A DNA stretch of 64,000 bases, taken from contig JAXGYD010000001.1 of NCBI GenBank assembly GCA_040772425.1, forward strand, positions 1,340,931-1,404,930, in the 5' to 3' direction. The DNA comes from Candidatus Brevefilum sp. (GTDB lineage: Bacteria > Chloroflexota > Anaerolineae > Anaerolineales > Anaerolineaceae). The notes below the pieces were generated by a model. That model searched no databases and was not told the origin of the DNA. It was given only the letters and a program-made list of their open reading frames with translations. Made by a program: the position numbers and the translations under genes. Below, one piece after another: positions 10,107 through 19,963 of the stretch (position 1 is its first letter; every line of letters begins with the position of its first letter).

Positions 10107-10141
10107 AGTGGTTAAAAGTGGAGAAAAGTGGGACGTAGTGG
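10107..10141 (+). promoter_or_regulatory. Candidate MraZ operator: four direct AGTGG repeats phased at exactly 10 bp
   Basis: AGTGG occurs at 10107, 10117, 10127 and 10137 (agtggttaaa agtggagaaa agtgggacgt agtgg). The array sits immediately downstream of the -10 element. Confidence 0.7.
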
Positions 10142-10189
10142 AGCGCCAGATTTGCTGGCGCACTGTTGATTTTAGGAGCCATAGAACAG

Positions 10190-10630
10190 ATGTTCCTCGG
10201 GCAATACGAACACACCATCGACGAGAAAGGACGACTGACCATCCCTTCGAAATATCGAGAGGAATTGGATAGCGCCGTCTACGTCACCCAGGGATTCGAT
10301 GGCAACCTACAGGTCTTCCCACCCGATTTGTTCGCACTCATGTCAAAGCAGGTGAACTCACTTAGCTTCGCTGATGCAAACAGTCGAAGGCTTCGAAGGA
10401 TCCTTTATGCCAATGCAGAAGTGATCAATTTTGATAGCGCCGGCCGCATTCTTTTACCTTCTTTCTTAAGGGAAGCTGCAAACCTTAAAGAGACTGCGAT
10501 TGTGGTCGGTGGCGGCGTATACTTTGAGCTTTGGTCGCCAGAAAATTGGCAAGCCCAACAAGTTTCGCTTAAAGATGTCGAAGCCAACGAGCAACGTTTT
10601 GGCGCCCTGGATATAAAGACCCTGCAATGA
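10190..10630 (+). CDS. mraZ: Transcriptional regulator MraZ
   Basis: Duplicated SpoVT/AbrB-like motifs (DEKGRLTIP and DSAGRILLP). The start is set at the ATG at 10190, preceded by AGGAG. Confidence 0.93.
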   Translation: MFLGQYEHTIDEKGRLTIPSKYREELDSAVYVTQGFDGNLQVFPPDLFALMSKQVNSLSFADANSRRLRRILYANAEVINFDSAGRILLPSFLREAANLKETAIVVGGGVYFELWSPENWQAQQVSLKDVEANEQRFGALDIKTLQ

Positions 10631-11604
10631 ACGACAAAGAAAATGGGGAGGAAGCCTTCGCTGGCGACCCTGGCGATCATTTTCCCCACCAACCAGTTCT
10701 TTACCAGGAAGTCCTGAACGCCTTGGCACCACAGTCTGGCAAATATTACCTCGATGGCACCCTTGGTGCTGGTGGGCATGCAGAGGGTATTCTCACCGCC
10801 TCTGCACCCAATGGCAGGTTACTTGGCTTAGACCTCGACCCAAAGGCGTTGGCAATTGCTCGCCAGCGTCTTTTTCCATTTGGGGATCGAGTTGTCATTC
10901 AACAAGCCAATTTCCTTGCCGCTAAAGAGGTACTGCAGGAGATTGGGTGGCACCATTTGCATGGCATCCTGCTTGATTTGGGTGTCTCTTCCATGCAAAT
11001 AGATCAACCTGATCGGGGTTTTTCCTTTTTGAAGGATGGCCCTGTGGACATGCGCTTCGACCAAGAAACGGCCATTAGCGCGGGTGACCTCGTCAATGAA
11101 TTGACTGAGGAGGAACTCGCTGAAGTCATCTGGCTCTACGGCGAGGAGCGTTATGCCCGACGAATCGCAAGACGCATTGTGGCTGCCCGACCGATCAATT
11201 CAACCTTGATCTTAGCTAAGGTGATCAAAAATGCCGTACCAGGTTATGGATCTCGCATTCATCCAGCCACACGGACTTTTCAGGCTTTACGAATCGCAAC
11301 AAATAAAGAACTGGATGCATTGGCGTTAGCGTTACCCAGGCTAATTAGTTGCCTGGCAGTAGGTGGCAGAATTGCAGTGATCACCTTTCATTCGCTTGAA
11401 GACCGCATTGTAAAGCATTACTTTAAGCGAGAAAGCCAGGATTGCATTTGTCCACCTGAACAACCAATTTGCACTTGTGACCATATGGCTTCTTTACGGC
11501 TACTGACGAAAAAACCCATCATGCCCAAAAGAAGTGAACTCAAGGCAAATCCAAGATCAAGCAGCGCTAAGTTAAGAGTTGCTGAAAAAATTGCAGAGGC
11601 ATGA
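10627..11604 (+). CDS. rsmH: 16S rRNA (cytosine1402-N4)-methyltransferase RsmH
   Basis: HQPVLYQEVL and DGTLGAGGHAE motifs. There is an ATGA start/stop overlap with mraZ. Confidence 0.93.
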   Translation: MNDKENGEEAFAGDPGDHFPHQPVLYQEVLNALAPQSGKYYLDGTLGAGGHAEGILTASAPNGRLLGLDLDPKALAIARQRLFPFGDRVVIQQANFLAAKEVLQEIGWHHLHGILLDLGVSSMQIDQPDRGFSFLKDGPVDMRFDQETAISAGDLVNELTEEELAEVIWLYGEERYARRIARRIVAARPINSTLILAKVIKNAVPGYGSRIHPATRTFQALRIATNKELDALALALPRLISCLAVGGRIAVITFHSLEDRIVKHYFKRESQDCICPPEQPICTCDHMASLRLLTKKPIMPKRSELKANPRSSSAKLRVAEKIAEA

Positions 11605-11623
11605 AATTTGCAGGGTCATTAAA

Positions 11624-12109
11624 ATGAAAAAAAACATTTTACAAGCCTATAAGCAAGCACCATGGCGAGTCCAATTACAATATATTGGGCTGTTCTTACT
11701 TGGATTGGTCCTGATTACTGCAATTATGGGGATTTACCTGAGCATCAGTTCGCAAGCAGCAACCGCAGGTCGCAGAATTCAGTCTCTTGAAGATGACATG
11801 GATGAAATCAACAATGAAATTTCTGAGCTGACAACGACCCTTGCCCAAAAGACATCTGCAACCGTCATGCAATCCAGAGCCGAAGCGATGGGCTTTCGTA
11901 TGATGGATGTCAATGAAGCGGTCTATCTCGAAATACCAGGATTTGACCCCCATGCGGACCTGGTTCTTGCCCCCCCAATGGTTAATGTTGTAGTTGAAGC
12001 CCCAATTCTTAGGGAAGCTTACAAAACAACTTTATGGGACTGGTTCATGAAACAAATTTGGTATGCTTCAACAAGTTTTTCCCAAGGGGAACAAGAGGTG
12101 TCACCATGA
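11624..12109 (+). CDS. FtsL-like cell division membrane protein
   Basis: A single N-terminal TM helix followed by a coiled-coil-like segment (IQSLEDDMDEINNEISELTT). It sits between rsmH and ftsI. The assignment rests on position only. Confidence 0.55.
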   Translation: MKKNILQAYKQAPWRVQLQYIGLFLLGLVLITAIMGIYLSISSQAATAGRRIQSLEDDMDEINNEISELTTTLAQKTSATVMQSRAEAMGFRMMDVNEAVYLEIPGFDPHADLVLAPPMVNVVVEAPILREAYKTTLWDWFMKQIWYASTSFSQGEQEVSP

Positions 12110-13893
12110 AACCACCTTTCTTTAGCCGTTATGTCATTATTGCCATCATTTGCGCCATATTAGGGACAGCTGTCGTAGTTCAGATGGTGAGGATTAATTA
12201 CACAACCTATGCAAGTGACCTGATTGCTGTCTCGGAAAACTATCAGGGTATTCTGACAACCATTTATCCGGCTCGAGGCACGATCTACGATCGATCTGGG
12301 AATATCTTAGCAACCAATAAAATTGGGTATGAAGTCGGACTTGACCTTAAATTAGTTTCAGACCCCGAATCGATTGCCTCTGTGGCAGCCAATTTGTCTG
12401 AGACTTTGGACTATGCCACTGCCTATGAAATTGCCAACAGAGAAAAATTGGAAACGGGTGAAAACCGATATTTTGTGCTGGCGAGCTATGTCAGTAAAGA
12501 AAAAATTGAAGAAATAGAACAATTAAAGGAAACCTACAAAGCCAAACGACTAGAAAATAACGCCAGAGTTCCCAACCTCAACGGCCTCGTTTGGAGCCCC
12601 ATGCAACAACGTGCCTATCCAGAGGGATCATTGGCTGCCAATGTGCTTGGCTTTTATAATTACTTCTCTCGTGAGTCAGCCCAGGGGGTTCATGGTATTG
12701 AAGAAGCCTATAACCACATGCTGACAGGTTTATCAGAGAAAGTCTTTTTGCCCAACGACCCCTATCTTGTTGAAGCCCTCCCTGAAATTGAACCGGGTGC
12801 CAGTTTAATTCTTACCATTGACCGTGAAATTCAACTCATGCTAGAGGAAACCCTCACAGAAGCCATCGAATGGTCAGGTGCAGAAAACGGCACCATCATC
12901 GTTGCCGATCCTGAAACGGGTGAGATTTTAGGTATGGCCAGCACACCTTTTTTCGATCCAAATCAATATTGGGACTATGCGGAGACTTTCCCTGGCAGTA
13001 CACCCTACAACCGGGCGATTGGCACAACCTATGAACCGGGCTCCGTGTTCAAGGTCATTACCATGGCAGCCGCTTTAGATTGCGGTGTGGTAACCCCCGA
13101 CACGGTTTACAACGACGCTTCCGGTGTCTTTTGGGTTTCCAACAGCTGGCCAATTTATAACTGGGATGGCGGTGCTTGGGGCGAACAAACCATGACGGGT
13201 TGTATGCAACATTCGCTTAACGTCTGCTTGGCGCATGTTGCAGTCGACCGACTGGGTAAGGATTTGTTTTATCAATATCTTCAAGCCTTTGGATTTGGTC
13301 GCAGCACCGGCATCGATATCAGCAGTGAAGCAAATTATCCCTTACGGCTTCCGCAAGACAATCAATGGGTTGAGTTGGATTTAGCCACTAATTCCTTTGG
13401 ACAGGGCATTGCAGTTACACCCATCCAGATGGTTGCTGCTATTTCAGCTGTTGCCAATGAAGGCAAGTTGATGAATCCCCATGTCGTTAAAAGTGTGATG
13501 AACGGCGAAAAACAATTTGATGTCACGCCGCAAGTCATCAACAGCCCAATCTCCGCTGAAACTGCTCAAACACTGACGGAGATGCTCACCTACTCTCTTG
13601 AGGAAGAGGCTTCTATCGCCCTCGTTGAGGGTTACCGAATTGCTGGCAAAACCGGCACAGGTGAAATCCCCACAGAATTTGGTTACAGTACAAACCAGAC
13701 CAACGCATCATTTGTTGGTTGGGGCCCTTCTGATGACCCAAAATTCATTGTTTATGTATGGTTGGAGAAACCAACCATTTCTCAATGGGGCTCAGAAGTT
13801 GCCGCCCCTGTTTTTCATGATGTGGTGAAACAATTAGTCGTTTTGATGAGAATCCCACCCGACAACGCTCGATTATTAGGATCCAATCAATAG
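12106..13893 (+). CDS. ftsI: Penicillin-binding protein (class B transpeptidase, FtsI/PBP3-type)
   Basis: SxxK (GSVFK), SxN (HSLN) and KTG (GKTGTG) motifs plus an N-terminal TM anchor. The start ATG at 12106 overlaps the upstream stop. Confidence 0.88.
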   Translation: MKPPFFSRYVIIAIICAILGTAVVVQMVRINYTTYASDLIAVSENYQGILTTIYPARGTIYDRSGNILATNKIGYEVGLDLKLVSDPESIASVAANLSETLDYATAYEIANREKLETGENRYFVLASYVSKEKIEEIEQLKETYKAKRLENNARVPNLNGLVWSPMQQRAYPEGSLAANVLGFYNYFSRESAQGVHGIEEAYNHMLTGLSEKVFLPNDPYLVEALPEIEPGASLILTIDREIQLMLEETLTEAIEWSGAENGTIIVADPETGEILGMASTPFFDPNQYWDYAETFPGSTPYNRAIGTTYEPGSVFKVITMAAALDCGVVTPDTVYNDASGVFWVSNSWPIYNWDGGAWGEQTMTGCMQHSLNVCLAHVAVDRLGKDLFYQYLQAFGFGRSTGIDISSEANYPLRLPQDNQWVELDLATNSFGQGIAVTPIQMVAAISAVANEGKLMNPHVVKSVMNGEKQFDVTPQVINSPISAETAQTLTEMLTYSLEEEASIALVEGYRIAGKTGTGEIPTEFGYSTNQTNASFVGWGPSDDPKFIVYVWLEKPTISQWGSEVAAPVFHDVVKQLVVLMRIPPDNARLLGSNQ

Positions 13894-13904
13894 AAGGACC
13901 TTAC

Positions 13905-15344
13905 GTGTTTACGATAAATGATCTCATTTTAGCCCTTACCGATCACACCGTTCCGCTGATGGACCAGTCCATCAGCACAACTGTGATCGATTCACGCGAG
14001 GCCATCGATGGGAGTCTATTTATTGCTTTACCCGGTGAACACGTCAACGGTCATGCATATGTGGGCTCAGCCTTCTCAAATGGTGCAATTGCAGCCATCA
14101 TCGACCAGGAGCTTCCCCAAGCAAGAAACATCCTCGATCTACGAGCAGGTCAATTCGACCCAGGAAAAATTCAGGTGCAATTGCCCCTTTGCCTGCGGGT
14201 TGAAAATTCCCTTGAGGCATTACAAACCTTCGCGGCTTATTGGCGGAAAAAATTTCCGGTGACAACCATTGGTATTACCGGAAGTGTTGGAAAAACCACC
14301 ACCAAAGAATTAATTGCCATGGTGCTTTCTCAGCGTTTCAATGTCCTAAAAAACCCTGGCAATCGAAACAACGAAATTGGTTTGCCCTTAACCCTGTTAG
14401 AACTTGAACCTTATCACGAGATGGCAGTGTTAGAGATGGGCTTTTACGTTCCAGGAGAAATTTCCCTCTTATGCGACATCGCCCAACCAAAAATCGGTGT
14501 TATTACTAACATCGGCACTGTGCATGCAGAAAGGGCAGGCTCACAGGAGGTTATTGCCCAGGGCAAAGCTGAATTGGTCAGCGCCTTGCCGCCAAAGCCG
14601 GAGGGCGTTGCTATTCTCAACATGGATGACCCTTGGGTTCGCAAAATGGCAGAGCAAACCGAGGCAGAGGTCTTTTCTTATGGCATAGTTAAAGAGGCGG
14701 ACCTGACAGCCACAGACATAAAAACTTTTGGCATGGATGGCCTCACTTGCTCATTAACTTATCAAGGGACATCCTATCCAATTACCTCACCCCTCTTAGG
14801 GAAATTTTCTGTCTACACAATTTTACGGGCAAGTGCAGTTGCTTTGAGTTTAGGGATGCCTTGGGATCAAATTCAAAGCGGAATTTCAGAAAGCCAAGTC
14901 CAACTGCGGATGCAATCGATCCAATTAGCAAATGACATCACTGTCATTGATGACACCTATAATGCCTCCCCAGCTTCAACGATTGCAGCATTGCAATTTC
15001 TACAAAGTTTACCTGGCCGGCGTGTTGCCATCCTCGGTGACATGCTCGAGTTAGGTCCTTATGAACAATCAGGTCACCAATCCGTCGGTGAATTTCTGAA
15101 AGAAGCTGCCGATCTGGTTATCCTGGTCGGTCAGCGGTCAGTAATTACTGCCCAGGCAGCCCAGGCTAACGGGTTTCTGAAAGAGAACCTGCATTGGTAT
15201 CCTGACGCCCATCAGGCAGCAACACCAGCGGCAGACGCACTCCAGAATGGTGATGTTATCTTGATCAAGGGCTCAAACAGTATGCGTATGGACACCATAT
15301 TAGGCACGATTAAAGCGAGGAATGCATGGCAAACACCTCAGTAG
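13905..15344 (+). CDS. murF: UDP-MurNAc-tripeptide--D-alanyl-D-alanine ligase
   Basis: Mur ligase P-loop GITGSVGKTTTKE and position in the dcw cluster. GTG start. Confidence 0.9.
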   Translation: MFTINDLILALTDHTVPLMDQSISTTVIDSREAIDGSLFIALPGEHVNGHAYVGSAFSNGAIAAIIDQELPQARNILDLRAGQFDPGKIQVQLPLCLRVENSLEALQTFAAYWRKKFPVTTIGITGSVGKTTTKELIAMVLSQRFNVLKNPGNRNNEIGLPLTLLELEPYHEMAVLEMGFYVPGEISLLCDIAQPKIGVITNIGTVHAERAGSQEVIAQGKAELVSALPPKPEGVAILNMDDPWVRKMAEQTEAEVFSYGIVKEADLTATDIKTFGMDGLTCSLTYQGTSYPITSPLLGKFSVYTILRASAVALSLGMPWDQIQSGISESQVQLRMQSIQLANDITVIDDTYNASPASTIAALQFLQSLPGRRVAILGDMLELGPYEQSGHQSVGEFLKEAADLVILVGQRSVITAQAAQANGFLKENLHWYPDAHQAATPAADALQNGDVILIKGSNSMRMDTILGTIKARNAWQTPQ

Positions 15345-16321
15345 CCATCGCTATAAGCGGTCTGAGTTTTATGATGACGGTCATTTGGGGTGAGCCGCTG
15401 ATCCGCCTGTTGAAAACCTGGCGTATTGGCAAAATCGTGCGCGAAGATGGCCCGGACCAGCATATTGGCAAAACGGGCACCCCAACCATGGGTGGCTTGA
15501 TGATTTTATTGCCGGTTTCATTATTAACCATCCTCTTCAATGCCGTGTCCATCTTCGGCTTCGACCTGCTGGGGCGTTCCATCTTATTACCCCTGGTCAC
15601 CATGTGGGCGTATGCGCTCTTAGGCGCCATTGATGATTGGGAGGGTGTGCGGGGTCCCCGTAAGGGCTTAGGCATGCGCGCCCGGACAAAATTCATCATT
15701 CAGGTATTATTTGCAATCTTTATTGCAATTGGTTTAAAAGACTTTTTAGACGTGCCGCAACTGATGTGGTTCACATCGGATGAGGTCTTCAGCTTAGGGC
15801 CCTTGTACTATCCCATAGCGGTCTTCATCATCGTTGGGATGTCCAATGCCGTTAATTTCACGGATGGGCTCGATGGTTTGGCTGGCTTAATTTGCGCAAC
15901 TGCTTTTGCCGCAGTGGGCTTCATCGCTGTGATCCAGGGACAGGTTTACCTGGTCCGCTTCTGTTTTTCATTGGTAGGGGCTTTATTTGGCTTCTTATGG
16001 TTCAATGTGCACCCAGCGCAGCTCTTTATGGGAGATACCGGCTCTTTAGCCCTCGGGGCGACCCTGGCAGTGGTGACCCTGATGACCGGCCAGTGGCTGA
16101 TCATCCCCTTGATTGCCATTATCCCGGTCAGCGAAGCTGTTAGCGTGGTGATTCAAATTTTGTACTTCAAAATCACCCACGGAAAAAGGTTTTTCAAAAT
16201 GGCACCGCTTCATCACCATTTCGAGTTGATGGGTTGGAGCGAGACTCAGGTCGTTCAAAGGTTTTGGTTGGTCAGCCTTTTATGCACAATGTTAGGCATC
16301 GCTTTGGTTATCGTGGAGTAA
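15326..16321 (+). CDS. mraY: Phospho-N-acetylmuramoyl-pentapeptide transferase
   Basis: NAVNFTDGLDGLA and PLHHHFE motifs in a polytopic membrane protein. Confidence 0.95.
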   Translation: MANTSVAIAISGLSFMMTVIWGEPLIRLLKTWRIGKIVREDGPDQHIGKTGTPTMGGLMILLPVSLLTILFNAVSIFGFDLLGRSILLPLVTMWAYALLGAIDDWEGVRGPRKGLGMRARTKFIIQVLFAIFIAIGLKDFLDVPQLMWFTSDEVFSLGPLYYPIAVFIIVGMSNAVNFTDGLDGLAGLICATAFAAVGFIAVIQGQVYLVRFCFSLVGALFGFLWFNVHPAQLFMGDTGSLALGATLAVVTLMTGQWLIIPLIAIIPVSEAVSVVIQILYFKITHGKRFFKMAPLHHHFELMGWSETQVVQRFWLVSLLCTMLGIALVIVE

Positions 16322-16324
16322 TTT

Positions 16325-17716
16325 ATGTTACAGTGGTCTGACAAAAAAGTTCTCATCATTGGCGCAGCACGACAGGGTACTGCCCTGGCACGCTTCCTGG
16401 CCAACAGAAATGCCAAGGTGGTCTTAAATGATCGCCGCTCTTTTGATGACCTATCTGATGCACGCGAAGAATTGGCGGACTTAAACATTGAATGGGTCAC
16501 CGGTTCCCACCCGTTTGAGATCCTGGATGGCGTGGACCTTGTGTGCCTGTCTGGGGGCGTTCCTTTAGAGCTTGAAATAGTCCAAGAAGCGATCCGACGC
16601 CAGATTCCTCTCTCCAATGATTCACAAATTTTCTTCGAAGAAGCTCCATGCCCGATAATCGGCATTACCGGTTCCTCTGGGAAAACAACGACCACAGCTT
16701 TGGTCGGGGAAATTGCCCAGCGGCATTTCGCAATCAGAAAGCCAAACCGAAAGGTTTGGATCGGCGGCAACATTGGCAACCCCCTCATCAGCCTTGTGGA
16801 TCAGATGGATGCAGAAGACCTTGCCATTGTTGAGCTCTCAAGTTTCCAACTCGAATTGATGAGCCTTTCACCCCACATTGCGGCCATCTTAAACCTCAAA
16901 CCGGACCATCTGGATCGACATCAAACCATGTCCAAATACATCTCTGCTAAAGCAAATATCTTAACACATCAAACAGAAAAAGATATTGCCGTCCTAAACC
17001 GAGATGACTATCTTGTTCGGGAGTTGTACCGAGAGGTGAAGGGTCGCCGAATCACCTTCGGATTTAACGAGCCTTATCAAAAAGAGGATTCGACCTTTAT
17101 TAAACGAGACAAGCTCTTATTGCAAGCGTCAGGTCAATTAGCCAAAATTGTTAAGACGGATCAAATTAATCTGCGCGGCAAGCACAATCTCTATAATGTA
17201 CTAGCAGCGATTGCCATCTCCGCAGCAGCCACCTTTTCTCTGCAGGCAATTTATGAGGGCATCACCGGTTTTGAGGGTGTCCCCCATCGGTTATCCTTTG
17301 TGCGGGAATGGGGCGGTGCCGCCTGGTACAACGACTCAATCGCCACATCCCCTGAAAGAGCCAGCGCAGCTCTCGAATCCTTTGATGAGCCTATTGTTTT
17401 GCTGGCAGGCGGTCGTGATAAGGACTTACCCTGGAATCATTTTATTGATCTCATCACCCAAAAAGTTGATCACTTGGTCGTTTTTGGAGAAGCAGCCGAT
17501 CTAATTCTCAAAGGAATCGGAGAGCTCACCCCTGGAATGCGACCCTTAACAATTGATCGATGCACAAATTTAGAAGAAGCGGTAGAAAAAGCTGCAACGC
17601 TCGTGGAGCCTGGTGATGTGGTGCTTCTTTCACCTGGCGGCACAAGTTTTGACGAATTCAAAGACTTTGAAGATCGAGGAAAGCGATTTACACAATGGGT
17701 CAACAATCTTTCGTGA
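16325..17716 (+). CDS. murD: UDP-MurNAc-L-alanine--D-glutamate ligase
   Basis: N-terminal Rossmann motif (VLIIGAARQG), P-loop GITGSSGKTTTT and position in the dcw cluster. Confidence 0.93.
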   Translation: MLQWSDKKVLIIGAARQGTALARFLANRNAKVVLNDRRSFDDLSDAREELADLNIEWVTGSHPFEILDGVDLVCLSGGVPLELEIVQEAIRRQIPLSNDSQIFFEEAPCPIIGITGSSGKTTTTALVGEIAQRHFAIRKPNRKVWIGGNIGNPLISLVDQMDAEDLAIVELSSFQLELMSLSPHIAAILNLKPDHLDRHQTMSKYISAKANILTHQTEKDIAVLNRDDYLVRELYREVKGRRITFGFNEPYQKEDSTFIKRDKLLLQASGQLAKIVKTDQINLRGKHNLYNVLAAIAISAAATFSLQAIYEGITGFEGVPHRLSFVREWGGAAWYNDSIATSPERASAALESFDEPIVLLAGGRDKDLPWNHFIDLITQKVDHLVVFGEAADLILKGIGELTPGMRPLTIDRCTNLEEAVEKAATLVEPGDVVLLSPGGTSFDEFKDFEDRGKRFTQWVNNLS

Positions 17717-18924
17717 GCAAGTCCACCACAAAACCAACAAAAAACCGCTCCCTGCGCTTGCCTTTTGACGTGCCATTGTTGCTGGTTGTGGTGGTTATCC
17801 TGGTCTTTGGTTTGCTCATGCTTTATTCCGCTAGCTGGGATTTTTCCATTCTGATGGGTGAAGAACCAACCTATATTTTCAGCCGTCAAATGCTTTGGAT
17901 TTTTATTGGATTGGTGTTTGCAGTAGTTACCAGTTTCATTGATTACCATCTTTATCGAAAATTCCTTGTTCCGATGTGGTTGGGAACCCTCATCTTGCTT
18001 TTGGCTGTTCTGATCGTCAACGAACAAAACAGTTCTGAAGCAACACGGATGCTCCTCGGCGGGTCCGTCCAGCCATCCGAGCTGGCTAAAGCTGTAATTG
18101 TCATATATTTGTCGTTCTGGCTTTATCTGCGCAAGGACTCAATCAACGACGTCCAAATCGCTTATGTCCCGTTGATCTTTATTTTGGGGATTACCTTCGG
18201 ATTTATCTTATTACAACCTGACTTAAGCGCAGCACTGACCGTGCTGGTTCTTGGCGTGATGTTATTCTTCTTGGCAGGCGGCGACTGGAAAATCATTCTC
18301 TTGGTATTCATTTTCGTCCTGTTGGTCGGCTTACCCTTAATGTATGTCTACGATACAGGCCGTGACCGAATCACCGCCTACCTGACCAGCCTGAACAACC
18401 CACTGGAGAGCAGTTACCACATTCAACGCAGTCTGGAAGCCGTTGTTAAAGGCGGGTGGTTTGGCGTTGGCATAGGTAGAGCGGATACAAAATTTACTGG
18501 ATTGCCTCTGGCACCAACGGACAGTATTTTTGCCGTCATTGCAGAAGAAACTGGTATTATCGGCGGTCTTTTTACAGTCCTACTTTATAGCATTTTCATC
18601 TGGCGGGGTTTGGTCATCGCAAAAAATGCGCCTGATCAATTGGGTTCATTAATCGCCTTTGGCTTAACAGGTTGGATCGGGATCGAAGCCCTGATGAACA
18701 CCATGGTGATTGTTGGTTTGTTACCCTTTACCGGCAACGCCCTTCCCCTCATCAGCGCGGGCGGTTCCAGCATGGTTGTAACCCTCACCGCCATTGGCAT
18801 CATCATGAATATTTCGAGGGTCTCTTCGACGAAAAAAAGCTCAGAAAGGAGTCCACACAGTGCGGTTGTTGATTTGCGCAGGCGGGACGGGCGGGGGAGT
18901 GTATCCCGCGCTGACCGTGCTTGA
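17695..18924 (+). CDS. ftsW: SEDS family peptidoglycan polymerase FtsW
   Basis: Polytopic membrane protein with SEDS-like motifs (QPSELAK, LQPDLS, TDSIFAVI). Sits between murD and murG. Confidence 0.9.
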   Translation: MGQQSFVSKSTTKPTKNRSLRLPFDVPLLLVVVVILVFGLLMLYSASWDFSILMGEEPTYIFSRQMLWIFIGLVFAVVTSFIDYHLYRKFLVPMWLGTLILLLAVLIVNEQNSSEATRMLLGGSVQPSELAKAVIVIYLSFWLYLRKDSINDVQIAYVPLIFILGITFGFILLQPDLSAALTVLVLGVMLFFLAGGDWKIILLVFIFVLLVGLPLMYVYDTGRDRITAYLTSLNNPLESSYHIQRSLEAVVKGGWFGVGIGRADTKFTGLPLAPTDSIFAVIAEETGIIGGLFTVLLYSIFIWRGLVIAKNAPDQLGSLIAFGLTGWIGIEALMNTMVIVGLLPFTGNALPLISAGGSSMVVTLTAIGIIMNISRVSSTKKSSERSPHSAVVDLRRRDGRGSVSRADRA

Positions 18925-19963
18925 TGCCCTTGATCTTGATAAAGAGTCGGTTCTGTGGGTCGGCAGCCAAGGTGGCATGGAGGAAACATTGGTGTTAAGA
19001 CGAGAAGTACCTTATAAATCGATACCAGCCGCTGGTGTCCATGGTGTCAGCCTCAAGCAATTGCCCGGCAATCTCTTAAAGCTGTTAAAGGGATTTTTCT
19101 CTTCTCGACGGATCCTCAAGGAATTCCAACCGGATGTGCTTTTCTTCACAGGTGGCTTCGTAGCGGTTCCAATGGCTGTTGCAGCCATTCAACGGCCATC
19201 TGTTTTATTTGTCCCAGACATTGAACCCGGTTTAGCTTTAAAAGCCCTGGCACGTTTTGCAGACCGGATTGCCCTAACCACAGAGAAAACCATGACCTAT
19301 TTTCCGAATCAATCAAAACTAACCGTCACCGGATATCCAGTTCGCTCAGAGTTAAAAGAGTGGACCCGACTAAAAGCCCTTGATTATTTCGATTTTGACC
19401 CCAACCACCCCACCCTTACGGTGGCTGGCGGCAGCAAAGGGGCTCGTTCCATCAACATGGCTTTACTAAAAATATTGCCCAGGCTGTTATCAAAGATGCA
19501 AGTCATCCATCTGACAGGCTTGCTCGATTGGGAGACCGTCGATGAGAACACAAAGACCCTTCCACCCATTCTTGCAAAGCGCTACCAGGCGTTCCCATAT
19601 CTACACGAAATGGGTGCAGCCCTCGCAGCAGCAGACCTCGTTGTATCGCGAGCAGGGGCTTCGATTCTCGGTGAATATCCGCTGTTTGGCTGCCCCGCAA
19701 TTCTGGTGCCCTACCCTCATGCTTGGCGGTACCAACAAGTTAACGCCAACTATCTTGTTGCCCAAGGTGCAGCAGAAGTCTTGCCGGATGAAAAATTAGA
19801 GCAAGAATTATTCAACCACATCCAACGCATAATTTCTGACCCACGTAAGCTCAATCGCATGCGACAAGCGATGTCCTCCCTGGCCACGCCCGATGCTGAT
19901 AAAAAAATCGGGGAGATAATCTTCGAAATGGCCAACCCCATGAATGGAGGTAAACCAGCATGA
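18860..19963 (+). CDS. murG: UDP-GlcNAc:lipid I N-acetylglucosaminyltransferase
   Basis: N-terminus RLLICAGGTGGGVYPAL. GTG start preceded by AAAGGAG. Overlaps the ftsW tail by 65 nt. Confidence 0.92.
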   Translation: MRLLICAGGTGGGVYPALTVLDALDLDKESVLWVGSQGGMEETLVLRREVPYKSIPAAGVHGVSLKQLPGNLLKLLKGFFSSRRILKEFQPDVLFFTGGFVAVPMAVAAIQRPSVLFVPDIEPGLALKALARFADRIALTTEKTMTYFPNQSKLTVTGYPVRSELKEWTRLKALDYFDFDPNHPTLTVAGGSKGARSINMALLKILPRLLSKMQVIHLTGLLDWETVDENTKTLPPILAKRYQAFPYLHEMGAALAAADLVVSRAGASILGEYPLFGCPAILVPYPHAWRYQQVNANYLVAQGAAEVLPDEKLEQELFNHIQRIISDPRKLNRMRQAMSSLATPDADKKIGEIIFEMANPMNGGKPA

